Notes under the pieces: model-generated | Database searches by the model: none | Told to the model about the DNA's origin: nothing | The model's input: the letters and a program-made list of their open reading frames with translations, nothing else | DNA from: Dehalococcoidia bacterium | GTDB taxonomy: Bacteria > Chloroflexota > Dehalococcoidia > UBA2979 | Reading direction: 5' to 3' | NCBI GenBank assembly: GCA_963692775.1 | Contig: OY839116.1 | Location: 3,149,334-3,213,333 of the forward strand | Length of the DNA: 64,000 bases | Program-made: the position numbers and the translations under genes | Shown: positions 50,998-60,681 of the stretch, one piece after another | Numbering within the stretch: the stretch's first letter is position 1 | Layout of the letters: every line of letters starts with the position of its first letter

Positions 50998-52302
50998 CTA
51001 GACGTTCGGCTTCGCGCCGGTGCGCCGCATCAGGCGGTCGATGGCGGCGACCCAGTGGTCCTCGTCGACCTCGCCGGCCTCGGCCTCGCCTGCCCTGGCG
51101 ACGTGGCGCTTGTACGCCTCGTAGATCGGGATGTCGTCGTCGGCGAGGGGCTGCATCCACTCCTTGCGCGCGAGGGCGGCCTCGATGTACGGAGCGAGCT
51201 CCTCTTCCTTGCGCGCCTGCTTCTCTACCTCGCGCTCCTGGAACTCGGGCATGATCTCGTCGGCGAAGATGCGCAGCGACTCGCAGATGTCCTCGTGGGC
51301 GATCTTGCCCATCTGCGCCATGAACAGCACCTCGTCGCAGCCCATGTTCTCGTAGATCTGCATCATCTTGCGCGCCTGGTCGGGCGTGCCGACGGTGCTG
51401 GGCGCGCCGTAGCCCTCGAAGGACTTGCGCAGGATCGGCCACGCCTGCTCGTACTGCTCCCAGATGTCGGTGCGGCCGGGCTTGTGGACGCCGTCCACGT
51501 AGTGGTGGTTGCTGGCGAAGGTGAAGAAGTAGCGGCCCTTGAAACCGCGCTCGCGCGCCGCCTCCTCGTCCGCGTCCAGCGAGAGCGGCGAGGTCAGCGC
51601 GATGTTCGCGTTGACCGTGTGCCCGATCGGCACGCACTCGGTCTTGATGATCTCGTAGTACTCGTCGATCCAGCCCTTCGCCGTCTTGGCGTCGACGAGC
51701 GCGAAGCCGAGCGCGCCCAGTCCGAGGTGTGCGGCAAGCTTGATCTGCTCGTGGTTGGAGCAGGCCATCCACATCGGCGGGTGGGGCTTCTGGACCGTCT
51801 TCGGCACCACGTTGCGGGTCGGCATGGAGAGGTAGCGGCCCTCGTAGCCGGGGTACGGGTCCAGCGCGAGCATGTTCGCGACCTGCTCGGTGCACTCCAG
51901 CCACTGCGCGCGCTTCTCCTCGAGCGGCACGCCGTAGCCCTCGAGTTCCGCGCGCGAGGAGGACTCGCCCGTACCGAACTCGACGCGGCCGTTGGAGACG
52001 AGGTCGAGCGTGGCGATGCGCTCGGCGACGCGCGCCGTCTGGTTGTAGCCGGGCGGCATCAGCACGATGCCGTGCCCGAGCCGCAGGCGCCTTGTGCGCT
52101 GCGAGATTGCCGCGAGGAAGACCTCGGGCGACGAGGAGTGCGCGTACTCCTCGAGGAAGTGGTGCTCCACCTCCCAGACCGAGTGGTAGCCGAGCTTGTC
52201 GGTCAGCTCGACTTGTTCGAGGACGTCCTGGAAGAACTGGCGCTCGCCGTCTTCCGGCCACGGGCGCGGGTATTGCAGTTCCAGCAGCGTGCCGAATCTC
52301 AT
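50998..52302 (-). CDS. LLM-class flavin/F420-dependent oxidoreductase (monooxygenase-like)
   Basis: 434 aa with VWEVEHHF...LGHGIVLMPPGYN...RVEFGTGESSS. Confidence 0.8.
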   Translation of the reverse strand: MRFGTLLELQYPRPWPEDGERQFFQDVLEQVELTDKLGYHSVWEVEHHFLEEYAHSSSPEVFLAAISQRTRRLRLGHGIVLMPPGYNQTARVAERIATLDLVSNGRVEFGTGESSSRAELEGYGVPLEEKRAQWLECTEQVANMLALDPYPGYEGRYLSMPTRNVVPKTVQKPHPPMWMACSNHEQIKLAAHLGLGALGFALVDAKTAKGWIDEYYEIIKTECVPIGHTVNANIALTSPLSLDADEEAARERGFKGRYFFTFASNHHYVDGVHKPGRTDIWEQYEQAWPILRKSFEGYGAPSTVGTPDQARKMMQIYENMGCDEVLFMAQMGKIAHEDICESLRIFADEIMPEFQEREVEKQARKEEELAPYIEAALARKEWMQPLADDDIPIYEAYKRHVARAGEAEAGEVDEDHWVAAIDRLMRRTGAKPNV

Positions 52303-52367
52303 CGCGGATCCCCTTCAGGCGCGGACGCGTCGAGCCAGGCGGAGCCTAGCCGCTGCGCGCCTTGTGA

Positions 52368-53168
52368 TCAGCCGAGCAGGAAGCCGCCGTCCACGACCAG
52401 CGTCTCCCCGGTCACGAAGCTCGACCCGTCCGAGGCGAGGAAGACCGCGGCCTTCGCGATCTCGTCCGGTCCGGAGCGATGGCCGAGCGGGATCGTGCGC
52501 GCCGGTCCCTGGGCCATGCGCTCGCGGTCGGCGTCGGTGAGGTTCTCGCGCAGCTCGGCGGTGCCCTCGGTGCTGATGCCGCCGGGCGCAATCGCGTTGA
52601 CGCGGATCTGGTGCGGCGCGAGCTCCAGCGCGAGCGCCTTGGTGAACATCACCACGCCGCCCTTCGCCATGTTGTACGCGGCAAGGCCGACGAACGTCGG
52701 GCGAAAGCCGTCGACCGAGGCGAGGTTGATGATCGCGCCGCCCGTGCCCTGCTCGACCATCCGCCGTCCCACGCCCTGCGAGCAGTAGGCGAGCCCGCGC
52801 GAGTTCACCTGGTAGATCAGGTCGAACTGCTCGTGCGGCATCTCCAGCATCGGCGCGACCGGGAAGACCCCGGCGTTGTTGACGAGGATGTCGATCGAGC
52901 CCAGCTCGGCGACGGCGTGGCTCGCGAGCTGTTCCCCCGCGTCGTCCTCCGTCACGTCCAGCCGCATCGCGACGACCTTGCCGTCACCCGGGCCCTCGGC
53001 GGCGAGTTCGCCCGCCGTCCGCTCCGCCCAGTCGCCGTCGATGTCGGCGATCAGCACGTTCGCGCCGGCCTCGAGGAAGCGCGTCACGATGCCGCGCCCG
53101 ATGCCGCGCGCGCCGCCGGTCACGATCGCGTTCCTGCCGTTGAGGCTGAACGGTCCCCAGTCCGTCAT
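52368..53168 (-). CDS. SDR-family oxidoreductase
   Basis: 266 aa with TGGARGIG, NNAG and YNMAKGG. Confidence 0.85.
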   Translation of the reverse strand: MTDWGPFSLNGRNAIVTGGARGIGRGIVTRFLEAGANVLIADIDGDWAERTAGELAAEGPGDGKVVAMRLDVTEDDAGEQLASHAVAELGSIDILVNNAGVFPVAPMLEMPHEQFDLIYQVNSRGLAYCSQGVGRRMVEQGTGGAIINLASVDGFRPTFVGLAAYNMAKGGVVMFTKALALELAPHQIRVNAIAPGGISTEGTAELRENLTDADRERMAQGPARTIPLGHRSGPDEIAKAAVFLASDGSSFVTGETLVVDGGFLLG

Positions 53169-53206
53169 CGCTTGCTCCTCCCGCCGCGCTGCGGCCTCCC
53201 GGCGCG

Positions 53207-55705
53207 CTAGCCGGGCAGCATTGTCTCGACCGGCGGCACGTCGTCGGACCAGGCGACGCCGCGCTCGCGCAGGTCCGCGATCTCTTCGCTGCCATAGCCG
53301 AGTTCCTCGAGGATCTCGTCGGTGTGCTGCCCGGCGAGGACGCCCGGCCCGTAGCGCCCCGGCGTCTCCGCGAACGCGACGAGCGGCCCCCAGCGCTGGT
53401 ACTCGCCCCAGACGGCATGGTCCGCCGTGGCGGTGAACCCGTTCTCGTCCACGTGCGGGTCGTCGAGGAAGAACTCGCCGGGACCGCAGCTGTCCGCGCG
53501 CACGCAGCCGACGTCGACGGCGATCAGTGCGCGCTCCCACTCGTCGGCGTCGCGCTCCGCGAAGCATGCCGCGAGGACTCCCGCCAGCGCGTCCGCGTTC
53601 GCCTCGCGCGCCTCGGCCGAGGCGAAGCGCGGGTCAGCCGCCAGCGATCCGCCGAGAACCTCGCAGAGCCGCGCCCATTCCTCGTCGGTGGTGACGGCGA
53701 GAAAGACCCAGCCCTCGCGCGCCGCGTAGAGGCGGTAGAGCGGGCCGAGGCCGTACAGCTCGGCGTCCAGCGGCCGGCGCGGCTGCGCGCCCTCGTAGTC
53801 GACGAAGGCGTCGGCGTTGGCGTAGGTGTTCGCGCCGAGCATGCTGACGAAGATCTGCTGTCCGCGGCCGCTGCGCCGCCGCGCGTAGAGCCCGAGCAGC
53901 GCCGAGGAGGCGACCACCATCGAGGTGTTCGGGTCCGGGTTGCCCTCGTTGGAGCGGAACAGCCAGCGCGCCGTCTCGCGCAGCTCGTCGATGTCCTCGC
54001 AGTGCGCGGGAGGCATCCCGGCGCCGGCCTGCTGCAGCGCGCCGCCGACGACGGCGCCGGGCACCGGATGCGCCGAGGGCCGTGAGGCGCTCGGACCGAG
54101 CGGCCCGTAGCCGTTGACGGAGACGTGCACGATGCCCGGATTGAGCGCGCTCGCCAGCTCGTAGCCGATGCCGAGCCGCTCCGGGACGCCGGGGCGGTAG
54201 TTGTGGATCAGCACGTCGGCGCGCTCGATCAGCTTCGCGACGATCGCCTGGCCATCCCCGGACTTGAGGTCGAGGCAGAGGCCCTCCTTGCCGGCAGTCG
54301 TCTTCGCGGGGCTGACCTGGCCGGGGAGACCCCCGGTGTTGCCCCGGAACGCCTCGCCGCCGATCGGCTCGACCTTGATGACGCGCGCGCCGAGGTCGGC
54401 GAGCAGCGCCGCGCCGTACGGCCCGGCGATCACCGTCGCGAACTCGAGGACCGTGACGCCTTCGAGCGGGTGCGCGGGGGGCGCTCCGGCCCCATTGGGC
54501 GGCGTCCACGCGACGCGCGGCGGCTCGGCGAGGACCTCGTCGGTCTGTGCGCCGGGCTCCGGCGCGGGAGCGCCGACGGTTCCGGGCGTCTGCGTCAGGT
54601 TCGCGACGAGGCCGAGCTGGCGGACGGGTCCGAGCCGCGGGTGCTCGACGTCGACGACCTCGGAGTTGGCGACGAGGTCGGGGTTCGAGAGGGCGCTGAG
54701 GGTCTTGCCGAACGGCTCGGCGGCGACGTTCTGGGCGTTGCGGAAGAGCTCCATCCACTCGTCGCTCGTGCGCTCGAGGACGCGCCGCAGCATGCGCTCG
54801 CGCAGCTCCTCGCGGTCGGCCTCGGCGAGTTGGCGCGGCGCGCCGTTGAAGCGCTCCTCGAGGTAGATGTCCTCGAGGCCGATCGTCGCGATGAAGGCGT
54901 GGAAGAGGTGGTCGACGAGGTTGGCCGGCTGGATCCACGTCCCGTCCTTCGCCATCACGGGCTGGTAGTAGATCGGCGGCTGCGCCCCGTAGGCGCCGAG
55001 CTGGTTGCCCTCCATCTGCGCCGGGAAGGTCCGCTCCAGCTGCGTGCGGAGCAGGCTGTTCATGTCGTAGCCCATCAGCCCTTGCAGCACGCTGGTCTCG
55101 ATCAGCTGGCCGCGCCCGCTCCGGTCGCGGACCAGCAGCGCGCCGAGGATGCCCGTCAGCGCGGACTGCGCCGCCGCGTGCGTCCCCGTCTGCACCGCGG
55201 CGAAGGCCGGGCCGTCCCGCCGCGGCACGCCGCCGAAGTGCTGCATCCGCCCGGACTTGGCGGCGACGACGCCCTCGTAGCCGGGGTAGCCCGCGTAGGG
55301 CCCGCGCGGCCCGAAGCCGGTGATCGAGCAGTAGACGAGGCCGGGGTTGCCCTCGCGCAGCGTCGCATGGTCCGCGCCGAGCGCCTCGGCGCGGCCGGGC
55401 CGGAACGAGGCGACCACCACGTCCGCGCCCGCCGCCAGCTCGCGCAGGCGGTCGCGCGAGGCCTCGTCGCCGATGTCGAGCGTGATCGAGCGCTTGCCGC
55501 GCAACCACACCGGCGAGGCGGTGAGCCGCCGGAACGGGTCGCCGCCCGGCCGCTCGACCTTGATCACGTCCGCGCCGTAGTCGGCGAGCATCATCGTCGC
55601 GATGCCGCCGACGGGGCCGCTGCTGAGATCGATCACGCGGATGTCGTCGCAGGGCCCGCGCGGCGTCCCGTTGCCCGATGCGCCGTTGCCGGTCCCGTTC
55701 GTCAC
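53207..55705 (-). CDS. Two-domain (tandem) family-III CaiB/BaiF CoA-transferase, paralog of 43627-46107
   Basis: 832 aa. Signatures: RVIDLSSGPVGGIATMMLADYGADVIKVERPGGDP and GVTVLEFATVIAGPYGAALLADLGARVIKVEP. The GTG start overlaps the upstream TGA. Confidence 0.8.
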   Translation of the reverse strand: MTNGTGNGASGNGTPRGPCDDIRVIDLSSGPVGGIATMMLADYGADVIKVERPGGDPFRRLTASPVWLRGKRSITLDIGDEASRDRLRELAAGADVVVASFRPGRAEALGADHATLREGNPGLVYCSITGFGPRGPYAGYPGYEGVVAAKSGRMQHFGGVPRRDGPAFAAVQTGTHAAAQSALTGILGALLVRDRSGRGQLIETSVLQGLMGYDMNSLLRTQLERTFPAQMEGNQLGAYGAQPPIYYQPVMAKDGTWIQPANLVDHLFHAFIATIGLEDIYLEERFNGAPRQLAEADREELRERMLRRVLERTSDEWMELFRNAQNVAAEPFGKTLSALSNPDLVANSEVVDVEHPRLGPVRQLGLVANLTQTPGTVGAPAPEPGAQTDEVLAEPPRVAWTPPNGAGAPPAHPLEGVTVLEFATVIAGPYGAALLADLGARVIKVEPIGGEAFRGNTGGLPGQVSPAKTTAGKEGLCLDLKSGDGQAIVAKLIERADVLIHNYRPGVPERLGIGYELASALNPGIVHVSVNGYGPLGPSASRPSAHPVPGAVVGGALQQAGAGMPPAHCEDIDELRETARWLFRSNEGNPDPNTSMVVASSALLGLYARRRSGRGQQIFVSMLGANTYANADAFVDYEGAQPRRPLDAELYGLGPLYRLYAAREGWVFLAVTTDEEWARLCEVLGGSLAADPRFASAEAREANADALAGVLAACFAERDADEWERALIAVDVGCVRADSCGPGEFFLDDPHVDENGFTATADHAVWGEYQRWGPLVAFAETPGRYGPGVLAGQHTDEILEELGYGSEEIADLRERGVAWSDDVPPVETMLPG

Positions 55706-56559
55706 GATGCCGCCACACGTTCCCCGGCAACCGCGAGGGCGCGGTCGAGCGCGTCGTAATCGGCCAGCAGCTCCGCGTGGTACTCCTCGACGACCCCTCG
55801 GGTGTCCGGGTGGGTGAAGATAAAGCGCCGGTTCTCGCGCACGCCGTCGAGCACGCGCGGGGCCATGATCGCCGGGTCGGCGGGCTCGCGGCGCGGCGGG
55901 ATCGGCATCGGCGGCTGGCTGAGCGGCCCGCCGTAGCGCTGCTGCCGGTTGCGCCCGGCCGTCGGGAGGCCGGTGTCCATCATGCTGGGGCAGAGCACCG
56001 AGACGCCGATGCCCTCGGCGGCCAACTCCTCGCGCAGCACGAAGCTGTAGCCGACGACGGCGTACTTGCTGGCGGTGTAGACGCCGTGCGCGTTGTCGCG
56101 CGCGACGACGCCGTTGAGCGAGGCGGTGTTGACGATGTGCGCGCCGCCGCCGTCGCGCGCCCGCTGCTCGCGGATCCTCGGGAGGAACGCGCGCACGCCG
56201 TGCAGCTGGCCCCAGAAGTTGACCGAGAGCACCCACTGCCAGTCCTGCTCGCTCATCTCCGCGAGCGCGCCGTGCATCGCCACGCCGGCGTTGTTGAACA
56301 GCAGGTGCACCGCGCCAAGCTCCTCGAAGGCTCGCTCGGCGAGCGCCTCGACGGAGTCCCGCTCTGCCACGTCGGTCGCGACGGCGAGGCTGCGCACGCC
56401 GCGCGCCGCGATCTCCTCGGCGGTCTGCTCCGCGAGCGGCGCGTCGATGTCCGCGACCACGACGTGCGCGCCGGCGTCGGCCAGCGCGAGCCCGATCGCG
56501 CGCCCGATGCCCGAGGCGCCGCCCGTGATCACGGCCACGCGGTCCCGGAAGTCGTCCAT
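55702..56559 (-). CDS. SDR-family oxidoreductase
   Basis: 285 aa with TGGASGIG, NNAG and YTASKYA. Confidence 0.85.
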   Translation of the reverse strand: MDDFRDRVAVITGGASGIGRAIGLALADAGAHVVVADIDAPLAEQTAEEIAARGVRSLAVATDVAERDSVEALAERAFEELGAVHLLFNNAGVAMHGALAEMSEQDWQWVLSVNFWGQLHGVRAFLPRIREQRARDGGGAHIVNTASLNGVVARDNAHGVYTASKYAVVGYSFVLREELAAEGIGVSVLCPSMMDTGLPTAGRNRQQRYGGPLSQPPMPIPPRREPADPAIMAPRVLDGVRENRRFIFTHPDTRGVVEEYHAELLADYDALDRALAVAGERVAAS

Positions 56560-56622
56560 CGCTCAGCTCCGCCGGCGCGTGCTGGTCCGGCGCGGTGGTC
56601 GCGCCCGGCACGATGATATGCG

Positions 56623-57903
56623 CTAGTTCACCACGCCGTCATCGCGCAGGGCCGCGATCTCCTCGTCGCCGTAGCCGAACTCGCGCAGCAGTTCGGCGCT
56701 GTGCCCGCCGAGGGGCGGCGCGGGGCCCTGCGCGCCCGGCGGCGTCTTCGACATCTCGATCCAGGCGTTGAGCTGCCGCTGCGGCCCGCTCAGCGGGTCG
56801 TCGAGCTCCACGAACCAGTCCGAGGTCTGCGGATCGTCGGCGAGCTCCTCGGGGAAGCGCAGCGGCGCGGCGGGGGCGCCGGTGCGGCGCAGCGCCTCGA
56901 TCCACTCCGCCGTCGTGCGCGTGCGCACGATCGCGGCGACCTGCTGCTTGAACTCGACCATGCGCTCGCGCGTCTCCTCGTCGAGCGGGTCGAAGTCGGG
57001 GTCGTCGCCGCCCTCGTACTCGAAGCCGATCGCCTCGCGGATCGCCTCGCGATTGGCCCGCGTCAGCGCGCCGACGACGATCGCGCCGTCGCTGGTCTCG
57101 TAGGCGGTGTGGTAGATGCGGCGCACGACGCCGGTGGGCGCGAGGCCGCCCTGTCCGTAGCCCTCGATCGCCTCGGCGTAGCTCGCGCCCGCCTCGAGGG
57201 CGTCGCGCACGCGCTGCAGCGCCGGGCGGGTGATCACGGCGTCGGTGACGGGCTCCTGCGTCACGGCCCGCCCGATGCCGGCCATCGCCCCACGCAGCAG
57301 GGAGGCGTCGATCAGCTGGCCCTCGCCGGTCAGCGCGCGGTGGTAGAGCGCCGACGCGATCCCGACCGTCGCGGAGAGCCCGGCCATCAGGTCGGAGATC
57401 GGCAGCGAGCGGATGCGCCTCGGCGCGCCCCACTCGTCCACGTCGCCCTCGTCGGCCAGCATCCCGGAGTAGGCCTGCCCGACGATGTCCGAGGCAGCCT
57501 GGTCCGCCAGCGGCCCCTCCGGGCCGAAGCCGGTCACGCGCGCGTAGATCAGGTCCGGCCGCAGCGCCGAGAGCGTCTCGTAGTCGATCCGCTGCCGTTC
57601 GAGCACGCCCGGCCGCGGGTTCGCGACGACCACGTCGAAGGAGGGAACCATGCGGTGGACGATCGCCTGGGCGCGCGGATCGCCCAGGTTGAGCATCAGG
57701 CTGCGCTTGCCGCGGTTGTACCACTGGAAGCCCTTGCTGGTGCCCGGCGCCACGCTGCCCGTGCGGCGGAAGGCGTCGCCCTCGGGAGGCTCGACCTTGA
57801 TCACGTCCGCGCCGAGGTCGGCGAGGAACTGACCGATCACCGGACCGGCGACGATCTGGCAGAACTCAAGCACGCGGATGCCGTCGAAGGGGCCTGTTGC
57901 CAT
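56623..57903 (-). CDS. Single-domain family-III CaiB/BaiF CoA-transferase
   Basis: 426 aa with GIRVLEFCQIVAGPVIGQFLADLGADVIKVEPPEGD. Confidence 0.85.
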   Translation of the reverse strand: MATGPFDGIRVLEFCQIVAGPVIGQFLADLGADVIKVEPPEGDAFRRTGSVAPGTSKGFQWYNRGKRSLMLNLGDPRAQAIVHRMVPSFDVVVANPRPGVLERQRIDYETLSALRPDLIYARVTGFGPEGPLADQAASDIVGQAYSGMLADEGDVDEWGAPRRIRSLPISDLMAGLSATVGIASALYHRALTGEGQLIDASLLRGAMAGIGRAVTQEPVTDAVITRPALQRVRDALEAGASYAEAIEGYGQGGLAPTGVVRRIYHTAYETSDGAIVVGALTRANREAIREAIGFEYEGGDDPDFDPLDEETRERMVEFKQQVAAIVRTRTTAEWIEALRRTGAPAAPLRFPEELADDPQTSDWFVELDDPLSGPQRQLNAWIEMSKTPPGAQGPAPPLGGHSAELLREFGYGDEEIAALRDDGVVN

Positions 57904-58052
57904 CGCGCGCCATTCTCGCCGCTGCGTCGCGTCGCCGCCAGCGAGGGCGCGCCGGGTCCGTCACTCGCGCATAACGTACATGCAGTAGATCATATCTTCC
58001 GGGTGAGTGTGCGGGCCGGTGGCGGGGTGGCTCGCGCGGTGATGGATCTGCC

Positions 58053-59408
58053 GTGAGCGAGCGCCCGCGTTGGACCGGCCTGCAGCGACAACTGCTGCTA
58101 CCGCTGGCGCTCGTCGCCACCGTCCTGCTCTCCGCCTCGATTCCCCCGAGCTCCGCACACGCGGCCGGACCGCTCGCCGAGGGCCAGCAGGCGATCGTGA
58201 GCGCCGACGGCGACGGCCTGAACCTGCGCTCGGAGCCGTCCCTTGCCGCCCGCGTCCTCGCCCACGTCGAGGACGGCACGGTGGTGACCGCGCGCGGCAT
58301 GCAGCGCCGGGCGGACGGGCATTGCTGGGAGGCGGTCACTCACGACGGCCAGCACGGCTGGATGGCCGCCGAATACCTCGCGACCGTCGGCGGGTCGAGC
58401 GATCCCGCCGCGGATCCCTGCGCCGACGCCGGGAGCGGGGAGGACGAAGAGGACACGACGCCGTCACCGGGGGCGCCGGGCGAGTCGGGCGTCCTTCCGG
58501 TCCCGCCTCCCGGCGGCTGGACCGAGGGCTTCGCCGGAACCTCGGACGTCGAAGCGCTCGTCGCGGCACAGGACTTCGAGGTCAAGAGCGTGTGGCTGCT
58601 CGATGTCGCGACGCAGGACTACCACTCGTACATCGTCGGCGCGCCCGACTTCGTGCAGAGTCTCGACTCGACGAACCTGAGCGCGGACAGCATCGTGCTG
58701 ATGCAGCGCACGGGCGAGAAGCCCGGCGACCTCGGAGCGCCGCCGGCCGCCCCCGCCGACGAGCCGCCTCGCATAGCCGCGAACAAGCTGCCCACGCCGC
58801 CCGCCGGGGGCTTCACGATCGGCGTGTCGGGCACGAACGACCCGGCGCTGCTCGCCGCCTCACAGGACTTCGAGGTGAAGCTGATCGCGGTGCGCCACGT
58901 ACCGTCGCAGACCTGGCTGACCTACCGCCCCGGCGCGCCCGACTTCGCTCAGTCGCTCGCGCGCGGCCAGCTGCGGGAGGACTCGATCGTCTGGGTGCGC
59001 GCCGGGGCAGTCCCCACAACGGAGCCGACACCCACACCCACGCCTACACCCACGCCCGAGCCCACGCCGACCACCGAGCCTGAAGGCCGAGTCATCGAGG
59101 CGAAGATCACGTACTTCTACTGCCGGCAGGGCACGATCCAGGCCGGCATCGGCGACGGCGGCGGGTTCTGCGGCCGGATGGCGAACGGCGAGGTCGTCCA
59201 CCAGGGCGCAGCAGCCTGCTCCCAGGACAACTTCGGCCAGCGCTTCCGCATCATCGACGACCCGCTCGACCTCATCTACACCTGCAAGGACACGGGCAGC
59301 GCCGTCCACGGCGAGCAGCGCGACATCTGGTTCGAGAACAGCGACGACGCCATCACCTGGCTCGGCAAGGTCGGCGACACCGCGCGCATCGAGATCCTCC
59401 CGGAGTAG
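58053..59408 (+). CDS. Secreted protein: SH3b-like domain, two ~75-aa internal repeats, PT-rich linker, C-terminal 3D (MltA-like) domain
   Basis: 451 aa. The signal peptide ends ...SSAHA. SH3b-like: NLRSEPSLAARVLAHVEDGTVV...W. The repeats contain QDFEVK...GAPDF(V/A)QSL. C-terminus: CKDTGSAVHGEQRDIWF. Confidence 0.7.
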   Translation: MSERPRWTGLQRQLLLPLALVATVLLSASIPPSSAHAAGPLAEGQQAIVSADGDGLNLRSEPSLAARVLAHVEDGTVVTARGMQRRADGHCWEAVTHDGQHGWMAAEYLATVGGSSDPAADPCADAGSGEDEEDTTPSPGAPGESGVLPVPPPGGWTEGFAGTSDVEALVAAQDFEVKSVWLLDVATQDYHSYIVGAPDFVQSLDSTNLSADSIVLMQRTGEKPGDLGAPPAAPADEPPRIAANKLPTPPAGGFTIGVSGTNDPALLAASQDFEVKLIAVRHVPSQTWLTYRPGAPDFAQSLARGQLREDSIVWVRAGAVPTTEPTPTPTPTPTPEPTPTTEPEGRVIEAKITYFYCRQGTIQAGIGDGGGFCGRMANGEVVHQGAAACSQDNFGQRFRIIDDPLDLIYTCKDTGSAVHGEQRDIWFENSDDAITWLGKVGDTARIEILPE

Positions 59409-59440
59409 CGGGACTCGCCCACCACGGCTACGGTCTCCGC

Positions 59441-59893
59441 ATGGACCCGTCGCCCGAGCCGCTGGAGCTCTCGCCCGCCGTGCGCGCCTTCGTCGAGGCG
59501 CAGCGCGTCGCGCGCCTCGCGACGGTCGACCCCGCCGGAACGCCGCACATCGTCCCGATCTGCTTCGTGCTGCTCGGCGGGCGCTGCTACTCGGTCGTGG
59601 ACGAGAAGCCGAAGCGCAGCGCGCGCCTGCAGCGCCTCCGCAACATCGAGGAACACGGCGCCGCGACGCTGCTCTGCGACGTCTACAGCGACGACTGGGA
59701 ACGCCTCGCCTGGGCCATGCTGCGCTGCCGCGCCGAGGTGCTGGACGAGGGCGACGACGGCTACGCGGACGCCATCGAGGCGCTGCGGGAGAAGTACCCG
59801 CAGTACCGCGCGATGGCGCTCGACGGCCGCCCGCTGATCGCCCTCATGCCGCTGCGCGTGAGCAGCTGGGGCGTCGAGGGCCGCACGACGTGA
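59441..59893 (+). CDS. PPOX-class (pyridoxamine 5'-phosphate oxidase-like) probable F420-dependent protein
   Basis: 150 aa with ARLATVDPAGTPHIVPICF...DEKPK. Confidence 0.7.
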   Translation: MDPSPEPLELSPAVRAFVEAQRVARLATVDPAGTPHIVPICFVLLGGRCYSVVDEKPKRSARLQRLRNIEEHGAATLLCDVYSDDWERLAWAMLRCRAEVLDEGDDGYADAIEALREKYPQYRAMALDGRPLIALMPLRVSSWGVEGRTT

Positions 59894-60570
59894 GCGCCGC
59901 GTCGCTGGCCGCGCTGGAGGGCGAGATCGTCGCCTGCCGCGCCTGCCCGCGCCTCGTCGAGTGGCGCGAGCGCGTCGCGCGCGAGAAGCGCGCGGCCTTC
60001 CGCGATTGGGACTACTGGGGCAGGCCCGTGCCCGGCTTCGGGAATCCCGAGGCGCGCCTCGTCGTCGTCGGCCTCGCGCCGGCGGCGCACGGCGCGAATC
60101 GCACCGGCCGCGTCTTCACCGGCGACCGCTCCGGCGACTGGCTGTTCCGCGCGATGCACCGCGCCGGATTCGCCAATCAGCCCCACGCCGAGAGCCGCGA
60201 CGACGGCCTCGAACTGCGCGACGCCCGCGTCGTGGCGACCGTGCGCTGCGCGCCGCCCGACAACCGCCCGAGCGTCGAGGAGCGCGACCGCTGCCACCCG
60301 TACTTGGAGCGCGAGCTGGCGCTGCTCGATCGGGCGCGCGTCTACCTCGCGCTCGGCGGCTGGGCGCTGAACCGGCTCGCCGTCCTCGAGGGCCTGCGAC
60401 CGCGTCCGCGCTTCGGGCACGGCGCGGAGTTCGCGCTCTCCGGCGGGCGCACGCTGCTCTGCTCCTACCACCCGAGCCAGCAGAACACCTTCACCGGCCG
60501 GCTCACCGAGGCGATGTTCGACGAGGTGTTCGCCCGCGCCCGCGCAATCCTCGACGCGCCTACGGGCTGA
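59890..60570 (+). CDS. Uracil-DNA glycosylase superfamily protein (family 5-like)
   Basis: 226 aa with CRACPRL...GLAPAAHGANRTGRVFTGD...HPS. The GTG start overlaps the upstream TGA. Confidence 0.8.
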   Translation: MSAASLAALEGEIVACRACPRLVEWRERVAREKRAAFRDWDYWGRPVPGFGNPEARLVVVGLAPAAHGANRTGRVFTGDRSGDWLFRAMHRAGFANQPHAESRDDGLELRDARVVATVRCAPPDNRPSVEERDRCHPYLERELALLDRARVYLALGGWALNRLAVLEGLRPRPRFGHGAEFALSGGRTLLCSYHPSQQNTFTGRLTEAMFDEVFARARAILDAPTG

Positions 60571-60681
60571 AGCGGATCGGAGGCGCGCGATTCGCACACT
60601 CGCGAAGCCTGCCGCTCGGCTCCAGTGTGACGCCGTCTCGCCGCCTCGCGTACCCTGCCGTGCGCGGCGGAGGACGAGCCT

